NCBI GenBank assembly: GCA_965242925.1
Contig: CBDEUM010000030.1
Location: 96,001 to 160,000, forward strand
From: Roseibacillus sp.
GTDB lineage: Bacteria; Verrucomicrobiota; Verrucomicrobiia; Verrucomicrobiales; Akkermansiaceae
DNA: 64,000 nucleotides
Direction: 5' to 3'
The position numbers were made by a program, and so were the translations under genes. Below, piece after piece: positions 10,495 to 20,513 of this stretch (the first letter of the stretch is position 1; each line of letters starts with the position of its first letter). The notes beneath the pieces were generated by a model. That model searched no databases, had not been told where the DNA came from, and was given only the letters and a program-made list of their open reading frames with translations.

Positions 10495-10841
10495 TCAAGC
10501 CTCTCCCTTGATCGGCACTGCAATTGCTTCGCACTCCTTCTCCCAGCCAGGAAAATTCCATACATTGGGAAATCCCCTGCACTGCGCCGGCTTCACCTCG
10601 TGAATGCGGCATTCATCCCCCTCCAGCATGATGCACTCCGAACTCGCGTCCTTGTCCACAAGGGACAGACCGGTCCGGTTCGCCCGGATCCTCGTAAACT
10701 CCTGGACGAATTCGTGTTCCCTCATCCCAAGGAAGACTGCAATTTTCGCAATCTCCTCATCCTCAACTGCCACATCCCCGACCCACCTGCAACACGCTGT
10801 GCAACGCTGGCAGACGTAGTGATGGCGCGGTTTTTAGACAC
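10495..10841 (-). CDS. YkgJ family (CxxCxxCC) cysteine-cluster protein; start separated by an apparent 1-nt deletion
   Basis: The frame upstream of the listed ORF reads KPRHHYVCQRCTACCRWVGD and continues to CIML...CRIHEVKPAQCRGFP. A plausible start GTG TCT AAA AA CCG (10841) is out of frame at a 5-A run. Confidence 0.8.
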
Positions 10842-10951
10842 GTAACAAGCTGGGAGATCTCGGGAGGAAAATTAGATATCCGGAAGCAATCTCATTTCTC
10901 CCGGAGAGGCGCAACAAATCCGGGATTTTTAACCCGGCAGATGCTTTCCCC

Positions 10952-11734
10952 TCACCGACTCGCATAGGCCGGACCCTGGATGGTGATCTGGTCATGATAC
11001 CTCTTCACCTTTGCCTGAAACCCGCGCCACTTCCGGCCGGGCCTTCCGTTATCAAGAAGGAAATGCGGGCAATTCTTGTGCGCCGGGCTCATCCCGTGGC
11101 GTGGCCAGTGATAGTGGGGCACCACCTTCGAGAGCGGGATATCGTATTTGTACATCAGATACGCCGCCAACTTGGCGGTGCGATCAACCGTGCGGGTCCG
11201 GCTGTTACCCCGATGCTCGCACATTTCGATCCCGATCGAATATTTGTTCCCCGGTCCGTTGAGGTCGGCATGCCGCCCCGTGATATTGGTCGGCAAATGC
11301 TGCACTGCCACATTCTCGTCGACCGTGTAATGCCAGGACAGGCTCCCAAGCTTGCTGCCCTTCAGGGCCAGCGAGTGCCGCCATGAATCAGCTCCCCTGC
11401 TCCAGTTCTGCGTACTGTGAATAGTAATATAGCGGGGCCTCATGCTGCTCTGGCCACGTCGCCCACGTGCGCTTCTCGGCAGGTAGTCCTTGTGCACCCG
11501 GACCTCGGCCAGGAGCGAGGTGGGCAACTTGAGCGGAACGAGAGCCCGCGCGGCCACCGACACGTGCTGGTAGGTTCGGTTCGGGGTCACCCTGACCGCC
11601 TGTGAGTCCTGGCCACTCAACTTCCCACTTCCGGTTCCGGAACACCCCGCTACCAGGAGCGAAGCCGCGACAGCCATTCCACTTATTGAATGAATACAGA
11701 TATTCCGTATAGGCATAATATCAGTTATCGACAC
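10952..11734 (-). CDS. N-acetylmuramoyl-L-alanine amidase (Amidase_2 type), probable lipoprotein
   Basis: Motifs ITIHST, WHYTVD, GRHAD, SIGIEMC, VVPHYHW and KNCP; lipobox LLVAGC. The start may be 11716 or later. Confidence 0.88.
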   Translation of the reverse strand: MSITDIMPIRNICIHSISGMAVAASLLVAGCSGTGSGKLSGQDSQAVRVTPNRTYQHVSVAARALVPLKLPTSLLAEVRVHKDYLPRSARGRRGQSSMRPRYITIHSTQNWSRGADSWRHSLALKGSKLGSLSWHYTVDENVAVQHLPTNITGRHADLNGPGNKYSIGIEMCEHRGNSRTRTVDRTAKLAAYLMYKYDIPLSKVVPHYHWPRHGMSPAHKNCPHFLLDNGRPGRKWRGFQAKVKRYHDQITIQGPAYASR

Positions 11735-11865
11735 GTTATGAACAAAATAACGGATTGTTCACATTTGTGAAGATCTAAGTTGCGTCTCCTCCTCCCCCCT
11801 GCCTCTGTCGTGCCAGAATCAGCTTCGATTCCTCAATATCAGCAATTGATTCCCCCGCGGAAGCC

Positions 11866-14800
11866 TTGGCTTTCGCCCGGCACCACTGTGCCTTGGAACA
11901 ACTCGTGACGGATTCCAGGGGTGCCGCTCCCCTCTCTCTGGGCCCGATCGAAACTCCTGCCCACGCCTTCCTGGCAGCCCTTCTTTCCAAGGCTGTCGAA
12001 CCTGGGTCCAGACTCTGGATCCTCGGTGGATCGGCCCGTCACCGCGAACGACTGGCAATGGAACTGCACGGCTGGCAGGTCGATTCGATCACACTGCCCG
12101 ATCCTCCCCTTGAGAATTTCGAGATGCAACTGGCGGACCCCGAACGGGACGCCGAACGCCTGGCTGCCTTTCAACGCCTCCGTGAAGATCCCGGGGACGG
12201 TTCGCCGGTAGTGACTCTCGCCTCGTCCGAGGCCTTCGCCCACTCCGCGCCATCTCCCGACGAATTCCTTGCCTCCATTCTCAGCCTGAAGGTCGGCGGG
12301 CAGCAGGATCCCGACGAATTGAAGGAAACGCTCCTCGCCGCCGGCCTGGAGGAGGTTGCCCAGGTCCATGCCCGCCAGCAATTTTCCAGCCGCGGCGCAA
12401 TCCTCGATATCTTCCCGATACAGGCTCCCGCTCCCCTGCGCTTCGAATTTTTTGACCGTGGGCTCGAATCGCTTCGGGAGTTCGACCTTGATTCACAGAC
12501 TTCGATCCGTCGCCTCGATCATGCCGAACTCGTCCTCACTCCCCCCTCGCTGGAACACCGGGTAGCGGACTGGTTCCGTGACGACGATACGGTTCTCGGC
12601 CTGGACGACGGAGTCGAGGACGCCGATATCATATTCACTGACGACCCCACCAGAAACGAATCGAATCTGGAAGCCTATGGCACTCCCTTTGCTCACTTCG
12701 ATGCCGGCGACTTCATTCTGCACGAAGCACAGCAGAGCACGGTCTTTCATCACATCAACGACTGGCTTGCCGACGGATGGATCGTTTGTATCGCCGCCGC
12801 CACCGAGGGCGAAAGGGAGCGCTTCCACGAACTTGGCGGCACCCATCTTCCAGCAGGAGGATACCACTTTCTCGATCTGGCTCTCCCGGAAGGTTTCGTC
12901 CTGCGTTCAGCCAAGTTGGCAATCCTCTCCCTCGCTGAGCTCCTGGGCCGGTATCAAACCACCGTTCGCCCATCCCGCCTGCAGCACCTTGAGAAAGCAC
13001 GCTCGCACTCCGCCGCCACCGAATTGGACCAACTCAACGAAGACGACCTCGTCGTGCACGCCGACTACGGCATCGGACGCTACCGGGGATTGAGCCGAGA
13101 CGACGAAGGAGAAGAGGAATTATCCATCGAATACCGGGACGGGAGCACCCTGCACGTCCCCATCGACCAATCCCACCTCGTCTCGCGCTACGTCGGGGGT
13201 GGAGGGAAATCTCCTCTTCTGAGCAGACTGGGTGACGGACGCTGGAGCAAGGTCCGCAGGTCCGCGGAGGCCGCGATCATGGACTATGCTGCTCGCCTCC
13301 TGCGCACCCACGCAGAACGCGATTCTCAGAGAGGCCACGCCCATCCCTCTGACACCAAGTGGATGTGGGAATTCGAAAACTCCTTCCCTTTCACCGAGAC
13401 CCCGGATCAGATCCGGGCCATCTCCGAGACCAGGGCCGACATGGAATCAGAGCAACCCATGGATCGCCTGATCTGCGGCGACGTCGGCTTTGGCAAGACC
13501 GAAGTGGCCATTCGCGCAGCCTTCAAGGCGGTAACCGGCGGATCCCAGGTTGCGATCCTGGTCCCCACCACCGTCCTGGCGGAACAGCACTGGCGTACTT
13601 TCCGGGAACGCATGAGCGAGTTCCCCATCCGCATTGAACTTCTCAGTCGTTTCCGTAAACCCGGCGAAATCGCTGAAACCATCGAGGGTATTGCCAATGG
13701 CGGCGTCGACATCGTGATCGGCACCCACCGCCTCCTTTCCGGCGACGTTTCCTTCCAGAACCTCGGTCTGGCAATCGTGGACGAGGAGCAGCGCTTCGGG
13801 GTGAAGCACAAGGAGCAATTCAAGGAACGCTTTCGCCAGATCGACCTCCTTACCCTCTCAGCCACGCCTATTCCCCGCACATTGTATTTCTCGCTTATGG
13901 GCGTACGCGACATGTCAACCATTGACACTCCACCACCCAACCGCATCCCCGTTCACACTTCTGTCTGTGCCTATGACGAACGAATGATACGGGACAGTGT
14001 GCGCCGCGAGCTGGAGCGCGAAGGACAGGTCTTCTTCCTTCACAACCGCGTCCAGAGCATCGAGATGGTCAGGAAACCGCCTGCAGGAGCTGGTTCCTGA
14101 AGCCAGGATCCTCGTGGGTCACGGGCAGATGGGGCGGGCCGATCTGGAAGAGGTCATGCATACCTTCGTCGACGGGAAGGCGGACGTCCTTCTCTCCACC
14201 ACCATTATCGAGAGCGGCATCGATATTCCCAATGCCAATACCATCCTCATTGACCGGGCCGATCGCTTCGGACTGGCTGACCTGTACCAGTTGAGGGGGC
14301 GGGTTGGCCGTGCCACCCGCCGTGCCTATGCCATCCTCATGCTCCCCCGTGACCAGATTTCCACGGGCGATGCAAAAAAACGGGTGAGTGCCATCAAACA
14401 GTATACCGCTCTCGGATCCGGCTTCAGGATCGCCATGCGCGATCTCGAGATCCGTGGGGCCGGCAACCTGCTCGGCACCCGGCAGTCGGGTCATATCGCC
14501 GCGGTGGGCTTTGATCTCTACTGTCAGTTGCTTCGCCAGTCAGTCGAGCAATTGAGCGGCCGAAAAGTGCAGCGGCGGACTGATGTTGTTCTCCGGGCCG
14601 ACTTCCTCGCCTTCTCCGAATCGCGCTACGAGGACTCAGAGAAAGAACAACTTCCCGTCTATATTCCCGCCGGATACATCGCTGATTCAAGGGCCCGGCT
14701 GGCGGCCTACCGGGAATTGGCCAGCCTGGCCGGGCAGGACGAACTTCGCAGCTACGAGGAGCGTCTTCGCGATCGGTTCGGACGGATTCCCCTACCGGCC

Positions 14801-15010
14801 CGCAACCTTATCCAGGTCAGCCAACTCCGGCTGGAAGCGGCCGCGGCCGGTGCCGAAATGGTGGAAATCCGTGGGGATCGCCTCATGGTGCAACGCAACG
14901 GCGGTTATCTTATGCTCGATAACAGCCACTTTCCTCGCTTGAGATCCAGGGATGCCAACAGTATCCTCCGTGAAGCAGTCGAATGGTTAGAATCCCTCAA
15001 TCGGCCATGA
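11866..15010 (+). CDS. mfd: Transcription-repair coupling factor Mfd, split by a 1-nt frameshift near 14075
   Basis: ORF 11866-14100 has the CarD-like VVHADYGIGRY, CGDVGFGKTEVA, DEEQRFGV and SATPIPRTL. ORF 13997-15010 continues RLQELVPEARILVGHGQM...QLRGRVGR...DLEIRGAGNLLG and the TRCF C-terminal domain. There is one extra base in GTC AGG AAA CCG CCT. Confidence 0.95.
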
Positions 15011-15984
15011 AATCACTCCTCTACGCAACCACCCTTCTGGCGACTCCTCTCCTCGCCGCACCGGTTCCCCTCCTCAAGACCGCCGCCACCGTCAACGGCA
15101 AGATGATCACTACGCGGGAGGTTCAGCAGCAACTTGCTCCCACCATCGCGATGCTGATGGCAAAGTATCCACGCCGCGGTGAGCAGTTTCAGAGGGCCCT
15201 CACGGAAGCCCACAAGGAGGTGCTCGACCAGCTCATTGAGCACAAACTGGTGCTCAGCAAGCTCGAGGAGAAACAACTGCAGATTCCGGATCACATCGTC
15301 AAACAGGATATCGAACAGTTTATCCGCATCAACTTCAAGGGGAGTCAGGAGGAATTCCGCAAATACCTGAAGGCCATCAGGATGACCCGCCGGGAATTTC
15401 AGAAATCCCAGCAGGAGAAGATCCTGGTCCAGTCCTTCAAGCGTGAGCAGTTCAAGGATGTGGCACCCGCCACCGACGCTGAAATCAGGAAGCGCTTCAG
15501 CGAACGCTCGGGCGACCTGCGCGACCGCACCAAGGACCGGATCACCTTTCGTAAGATCTACATCCCGGCCATCGACCAGAACAACCCGATCGCCACACAG
15601 AATGACCAGCTCACCCTGGCTGAAAAACTGGCAGTCCAGGTGAAGGGGGAGGCCGACTTCGCCTCCATCGCCCAGGCCCACTCCTCCGGCGCCTTCGCTG
15701 ACAAGGGCGGCCTCTGGGAGAACACCCTTCGCTCCGATCTCGAGGTCGGGTTCGCCGACATCATCTTTGAAGCCTCCGAAGGTGACATCCTGGGTCCGCT
15801 CAAGGACAGAATCGGGTTCACCATTGTGAAGATCGTCAAGATCAACCAGGGGCCCCTGCCTGCCCTCGATCCCAAGATGCGGGAACGCATGCGGACGGAG
15901 GTCGAGATCGAAAAACGCTCCGGCCGCTACGCGGAGTGGATCAAGATGCTCAAGCGCACCGCCATTATCCGGCGCAACGCATAA
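15007..15984 (+). CDS. SurA/PrsA-like parvulin peptidyl-prolyl isomerase chaperone
   Basis: ATGA overlap with the mfd stop; signal peptide; AATVNGKMIT SurA N-domain; FASIAQAHS...KGGLW parvulin motif. Confidence 0.85.
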   Translation: MKSLLYATTLLATPLLAAPVPLLKTAATVNGKMITTREVQQQLAPTIAMLMAKYPRRGEQFQRALTEAHKEVLDQLIEHKLVLSKLEEKQLQIPDHIVKQDIEQFIRINFKGSQEEFRKYLKAIRMTRREFQKSQQEKILVQSFKREQFKDVAPATDAEIRKRFSERSGDLRDRTKDRITFRKIYIPAIDQNNPIATQNDQLTLAEKLAVQVKGEADFASIAQAHSSGAFADKGGLWENTLRSDLEVGFADIIFEASEGDILGPLKDRIGFTIVKIVKINQGPLPALDPKMRERMRTEVEIEKRSGRYAEWIKMLKRTAIIRRNA

Positions 15985-16015
15985 TCACCCTTCCCTGCGA
16001 AGGTCAAAAAGCACC

Positions 16016-16510
16016 ATGCACACCGCTGTCTACGCCGGGAGCTTCGATCCTCCGACCAACGGACACCTCTGGATGATCCAGCGTGGTCTCGAGTTATTCG
16101 ACCGCCTCATTGTCGCGATCGGCACAAACCCCGAGAAACATTACAGTTTCACCCTGGAGGAACGCCTTGAACTCCTGGAGGTGTCGGTGCCCTCCTGTGA
16201 GCGACTCACCTTCTCACACTTCGATAACCGCTACCTTGTCGACTACGCCAAGGAACAGAGTGCGGCCTATATCCTGCGTGGTGTACGCACCGCTGCCGAC
16301 TATGAATACGAACGCGTCATGCGTCACATCAACGCGGACCTGGCCCCGGAAATCACCACCATCTTCCTCATGCCTCCCCGGGACATCGCGGAACTGAGTT
16401 CCAGCATGGTCAAGAGCCTGATCGGTCCCGAGGGGTGGGAGGACACGGTGCGGCGCTACGTCCCGAATCCCGTTTTCGAAGCCCTCTCCTCGGCAAACAG
16501 AGACGTGTAG
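16016..16510 (+). CDS. coaD: Pantetheine-phosphate adenylyltransferase
   Basis: 164 aa; AVYAGSFDPPTNGH, LRGVR..DYEYE and LSSSMVK. Confidence 0.96.
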   Translation: MHTAVYAGSFDPPTNGHLWMIQRGLELFDRLIVAIGTNPEKHYSFTLEERLELLEVSVPSCERLTFSHFDNRYLVDYAKEQSAAYILRGVRTAADYEYERVMRHINADLAPEITTIFLMPPRDIAELSSSMVKSLIGPEGWEDTVRRYVPNPVFEALSSANRDV

Positions 16511-16575
16511 ACAGGATCCGCACGGTTCCCATTCGTCTGTCGACTGTTCCCGGTTCCCTCTTTATTCTTCCCCTC

Positions 16576-18447
16576 ATGCAAACCCTCGCCATCGCGCTTG
16601 GCGCCCTCGTTCTTTACCTGGTGGCCTACCACACCTACGGCAGGTTCCTGGCCCGCAGGATCTTCAAGCTCGATCCCGCGGCCCGGGTCCCCTCCGTCGA
16701 GATGGAGGACGGCACCGACTACGTCCCCACCAGCAGGGGCGTCATTTTTGGGCATCACTTCACCAGCATCGCGGGAACCGGTCCCATTGTCGGGCCCGCC
16801 CTGGCGGTGATCTGGGGGTGGGTGCCCGCCCTGCTCTGGGTTCTTTTCGGATCCATTCTCATCGGTGCGGTCCACGATTTTGGTGCCCTCGTGGTTTCCA
16901 TACGCAACCGGGGCCAGACGGTGGGAGATATCGCAGGACGGGTCCTCAGCAAGCGCACCCGCCTCCTCTTCCTCTCCGTCCTCTTCCTGGCCCTCACCAT
17001 TGTCCTGGCCATCTTCGGACTGGTGATTGCTAGCGTGTGGGATCTGTACCCGCAGTCGATTTTCCCCTGCCTCATCCAGATCCCTCTCGCCGTTTTGATC
17101 GGCGTCTATTTGCACCGGCGGGGCGTCAACATTCTCATCCCCTCCATCATCACGCTGGGCCTGATGTATCTCACGATCTTCTACGGAAACGTGGGCGTTC
17201 TCGGGGCCTTCAACCAGATGCTCGGAGGCGAGCCCGGAGTGATCGGGGACGGAATCCCGACCATTGCGTGGGTAGCAATCCTTCTCATTTACTCCTACAT
17301 TGCATCCGTCCTCCCAGTCTGGACCCTTCTTCAGCCCCGCGACTTCATCAACTCTCTCCAGCTCATCTCCGCTCTCGGTCTCATCGTGATCGGTCTCGTG
17401 GTAGCTGGGTTGATCGGCGGAGCCCCCGCTGCGGGCGGCGAACGGCAGAGTCTCGAAATCGTGGCCCCCGCATTCCGGATGGCCCCCGAGGGCGCTCCCT
17501 GGATCTTTCCCTTCCTCTTCATCACCATCGCCTGCGGGGCCATCTCAGGCTTTCACTGCCTCGTCTCCTCCGGCACCTCCTCCAAGCAGCTGAAGTGCGA
17601 ATCGGACGCCCAGTTCGTGGGCTATGGTTCGATGCTCACCGAGGGGTTCCTCGCCACCCTCGTCATCCTCGCCTGCGTTGCCGGCCTGGGGTTGGGGGTA
17701 AAGGGCGCAGACGGCACCCTCTTCGGGAGTGCGGCCTACGATGCCCGCTATGGATCGTGGGCTGCAGCGGGTGGCCTTGGCGCCAAGGTCGGGGCTTTCG
17801 TCGAAGGGTCCGCGAACTTCCTGACCGCCCTCGGACTTTCGGCCCCCTTCGCCATCGCACTCATGGGTGTCTTCGTGGCCTCCTTTGCGGCCACTACCCT
17901 CGACACCGCCTGCCGCCTGCAACGTTACGTGGTACAGGAACTCGCCTCCACCTTCGTCCCGCGCGAGACGGTCGGCAGCGCACAACTTCGCTTCAACCCC
18001 CTCAAGTGGCTCACCAACAAGCACGGCGCCACCATCTTTGCGATCGTGGTCGCGGGAACTCTCGCCTACATGCCAGGCAAGCCGGACGGTGTTCCCGGCA
18101 CCGGGGGGCTCCTCCTCTGGCCTCTCTTCGGTGCCACCAACCAGCTCCTCGCGGGCCTTGCTTTCCTCGTCATCACCTTCTGGCTCTGGCGTCGCGCACT
18201 CCCGGTCTGGTTCATCGTCATTCCCACCCTATTCATGCTCATCTTGCCGGGCATCGCGATGTCGATGAACGTCGTGACCTTCGTCAAGGACTCCCAGTGG
18301 CTCCTCGCCGCCCTCGGCCTCGCCACCATTGCCCTCCAGCTCTGGATCATTTTTGAGGCGGTGGCGGCCTGGCCCCGGGCCCGGGGCGTGCTGGAAGATC
18401 TTTCGGGTTCCACCGAGTCCCTTCCGGAGGGAGGACGGAGCTGCTAG
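16576..18447 (+). CDS. cstA: Carbon starvation protein A (CstA family transporter)
   Basis: DGTDYVPT, FGHHFTSIAGTGPIVGP, LFITIACGAISGFH and LWPLFGATNQLLA; start taken at ATG 16576. Confidence 0.95.
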   Translation: MQTLAIALGALVLYLVAYHTYGRFLARRIFKLDPAARVPSVEMEDGTDYVPTSRGVIFGHHFTSIAGTGPIVGPALAVIWGWVPALLWVLFGSILIGAVHDFGALVVSIRNRGQTVGDIAGRVLSKRTRLLFLSVLFLALTIVLAIFGLVIASVWDLYPQSIFPCLIQIPLAVLIGVYLHRRGVNILIPSIITLGLMYLTIFYGNVGVLGAFNQMLGGEPGVIGDGIPTIAWVAILLIYSYIASVLPVWTLLQPRDFINSLQLISALGLIVIGLVVAGLIGGAPAAGGERQSLEIVAPAFRMAPEGAPWIFPFLFITIACGAISGFHCLVSSGTSSKQLKCESDAQFVGYGSMLTEGFLATLVILACVAGLGLGVKGADGTLFGSAAYDARYGSWAAAGGLGAKVGAFVEGSANFLTALGLSAPFAIALMGVFVASFAATTLDTACRLQRYVVQELASTFVPRETVGSAQLRFNPLKWLTNKHGATIFAIVVAGTLAYMPGKPDGVPGTGGLLLWPLFGATNQLLAGLAFLVITFWLWRRALPVWFIVIPTLFMLILPGIAMSMNVVTFVKDSQWLLAALGLATIALQLWIIFEAVAAWPRARGVLEDLSGSTESLPEGGRSC

Positions 18448-18475
18448 CCCCGGCGGTAATCTCTGTAGGAGTCGA

Positions 18476-20494
18476 TCACCATTCGCCTGCAACCTGCCAC
18501 TCCTCCAGCAACTCCTGGGGGCAGTCATCGAGGAACCGCGAGGGCCGCTGGATGACATCCCCCGTATAACTCTTGGGGTTGATCTGGGGATAGGTCAGAT
18601 AGAGCTCATCCTTGGCCCTGGTGATGGCCACGTAAAAAAGGCGCCGTTCCTCCTCCAGCATATACTCGTCGTCCGCATCAAGCACCCGTCCGTTGGGAAA
18701 CATGCCGTCGGTCAGGGAAATCACGAAGACCACCTTCCACTCCAGCCCCTTGGCCTGGTGCACGGAAGAAAGAATGACCTGTTCCTTGTCCAGCTCCGCC
18801 TTGCTCCCGCTGGGGTCGCCATCCACTGCCGACATCAGTGAGAGCTGCCCCAGACATTCGAGAATGTCGTCAAAACGGTCCGCATAATTCATGAGCTCCT
18901 CAAGATCCGAACGCCGGTTGTCGTAGTTGTCGAAGGACTCCCGCATGACCTCGTCATAGACACCCTCCAGCACACTGAAAATCATCTCGGACGGGCGAGC
19001 AAAACCCTCCTCGGTCACCAGTTCATCAAGAGTGTGGCCAAGCTGCTCCCAGTGGCTGACCGATTTCCCGGGCACCGGGAGATCGTCGAGAATATCGGAA
19101 AAACAGGCCGGCGGCTCCTCCGATGTCGCGTGGGTGGTCGCGGCCCAGCCCCGCCAGAGCTTGTCGGCATTCTTTCCCCCGATCCCCGGCAGGAGATTCA
19201 CCATCCGCTTGAAGCTGACCTCGTCCCGCCGATTGGTCACGAAGCGCATGAAGGCCGCCACATCCTTGATGTGGGCCTGCTCAAAGAAGCGCAGTCCACT
19301 CGTGATCTGGAACGGGATGCCCCGGTTCCGCAGCTCCATCTGCAGGGTCATGCTCTGGTGGTGCGCCCGGTAGAGCACTGCCATTTCCTCCAGTTCCACT
19401 CCCTCGTCCCGCAATTCCAGGATGCGCTGGGCCACGAACTGGGCCTGGGCATTGGGATCTTCCAGCGGCACCAGGGCCGGCATCATGGCTCCGCCCTCGC
19501 GCGCGGCCTGCAAGTCCTTCTCAAAGCGATGATGATTGGCTTTGATGGCAGCATTGGAAAGTTCCAGGATTTCCGGGACGCTCCGGTAGTTCTTCTCGAT
19601 CCGGTAGACCCGCGCTTCGGGGTAGCGCTCGGGAAAGCTCAGGATGTTTTCCATATCGGCCCCCCGCCACGAGTAGATGGACTGGGCATCATCCCCCACC
19701 ACCATGAGGCTCTGGTGCTCCCCCACCAGGAGGTTCACCAACTCGCTCTGCACCTGGTTGGTGTCCTGGAATTCGTCCACCATCACGTATTGGAAGCGCT
19801 TCTGGTAGAGTCTCCGCAGTTCCTCGTTCTGCTGCAGGAGGCGGAGGGTAAGCACCAGGAGGTCATCAAAATCCATCGAGTTGATCTGGCGCTTCTTCTT
19901 CCGGTAACGCCCCTCCACCCGTGCGATGTCCTCCCTCCACTCTTCAAAGTAGGGATATCGCTCCTCGAGGAGATCCTCCAGGGCGACCCCGGTATTCTCG
20001 ATCAGGCTGAAGATTGAGATCAGGACATCGGGCTTGGGAAAGCGCCGCGTCGAGGTGTCAATCTCACACCCGGAAATGACCGTGTTCATGAGCGATTTCT
20101 GGTCATCCCGGTCCATGATGGAGAAAGACTTGGTGAACCCGATCTCCTCCGCATGCCGACGCAGGATCCGGTTGCCCACCGAGTGAAACGTTCCTCCCCA
20201 CATCTCGCTGACGTCCCGGGGCACCAGGGCCCGCACCCGCTCCAGCATCTCCTTGGCAGCCTTGTTGGTGAAGGTGAGCAGGAGGATGTTGCGCGGCTCG
20301 ATGCCTTTGTCCAGGAGGTAGGCCACCCGGTAGGTCAGGGTCCGGGTCTTGCCCGATCCCGCCCCCGCGATGACGAGGACCGGACCAGGGGGAGACGAGA
20401 CCGCTGCCAGTTGCTGGTCGTTCAGCTCCTCAGCGAAGTTGATCCCGGACGCACCTGTGGTGGTCGGGCGCTGTAGGGTGTACTCGCGCGCCAT
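18476..20494 (-). CDS. UvrD/PcrA/Rep family ATP-dependent DNA helicase
   Basis: AGAGSGKT, VDEFQDTN, VGDDAQSIYSWRGA, NYRS, SVHQAKGLEW and EERRLFYVAITRAK. Confidence 0.95.
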   Translation of the reverse strand: MAREYTLQRPTTTGASGINFAEELNDQQLAAVSSPPGPVLVIAGAGSGKTRTLTYRVAYLLDKGIEPRNILLLTFTNKAAKEMLERVRALVPRDVSEMWGGTFHSVGNRILRRHAEEIGFTKSFSIMDRDDQKSLMNTVISGCEIDTSTRRFPKPDVLISIFSLIENTGVALEDLLEERYPYFEEWREDIARVEGRYRKKKRQINSMDFDDLLVLTLRLLQQNEELRRLYQKRFQYVMVDEFQDTNQVQSELVNLLVGEHQSLMVVGDDAQSIYSWRGADMENILSFPERYPEARVYRIEKNYRSVPEILELSNAAIKANHHRFEKDLQAAREGGAMMPALVPLEDPNAQAQFVAQRILELRDEGVELEEMAVLYRAHHQSMTLQMELRNRGIPFQITSGLRFFEQAHIKDVAAFMRFVTNRRDEVSFKRMVNLLPGIGGKNADKLWRGWAATTHATSEEPPACFSDILDDLPVPGKSVSHWEQLGHTLDELVTEEGFARPSEMIFSVLEGVYDEVMRESFDNYDNRRSDLEELMNYADRFDDILECLGQLSLMSAVDGDPSGSKAELDKEQVILSSVHQAKGLEWKVVFVISLTDGMFPNGRVLDADDEYMLEEERRLFYVAITRAKDELYLTYPQINPKSYTGDVIQRPSRFLDDCPQELLEEWQVAGEW

Positions 20495-20513
20495 GGTTCC
20501 AATTCAGTCCCTT

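Noticed and set aside
14060..14100. Programmed ribosomal frameshift in mfd
   Set aside because: There is no canonical slippery heptamer, mfd is normally a single ORF, and similar indels elsewhere point to sequence error.
17037..18356. 439-aa Arg/Pro-rich ORF overlapping cstA
   Set aside because: It is an alternative-frame artefact of high-GC codon bias.
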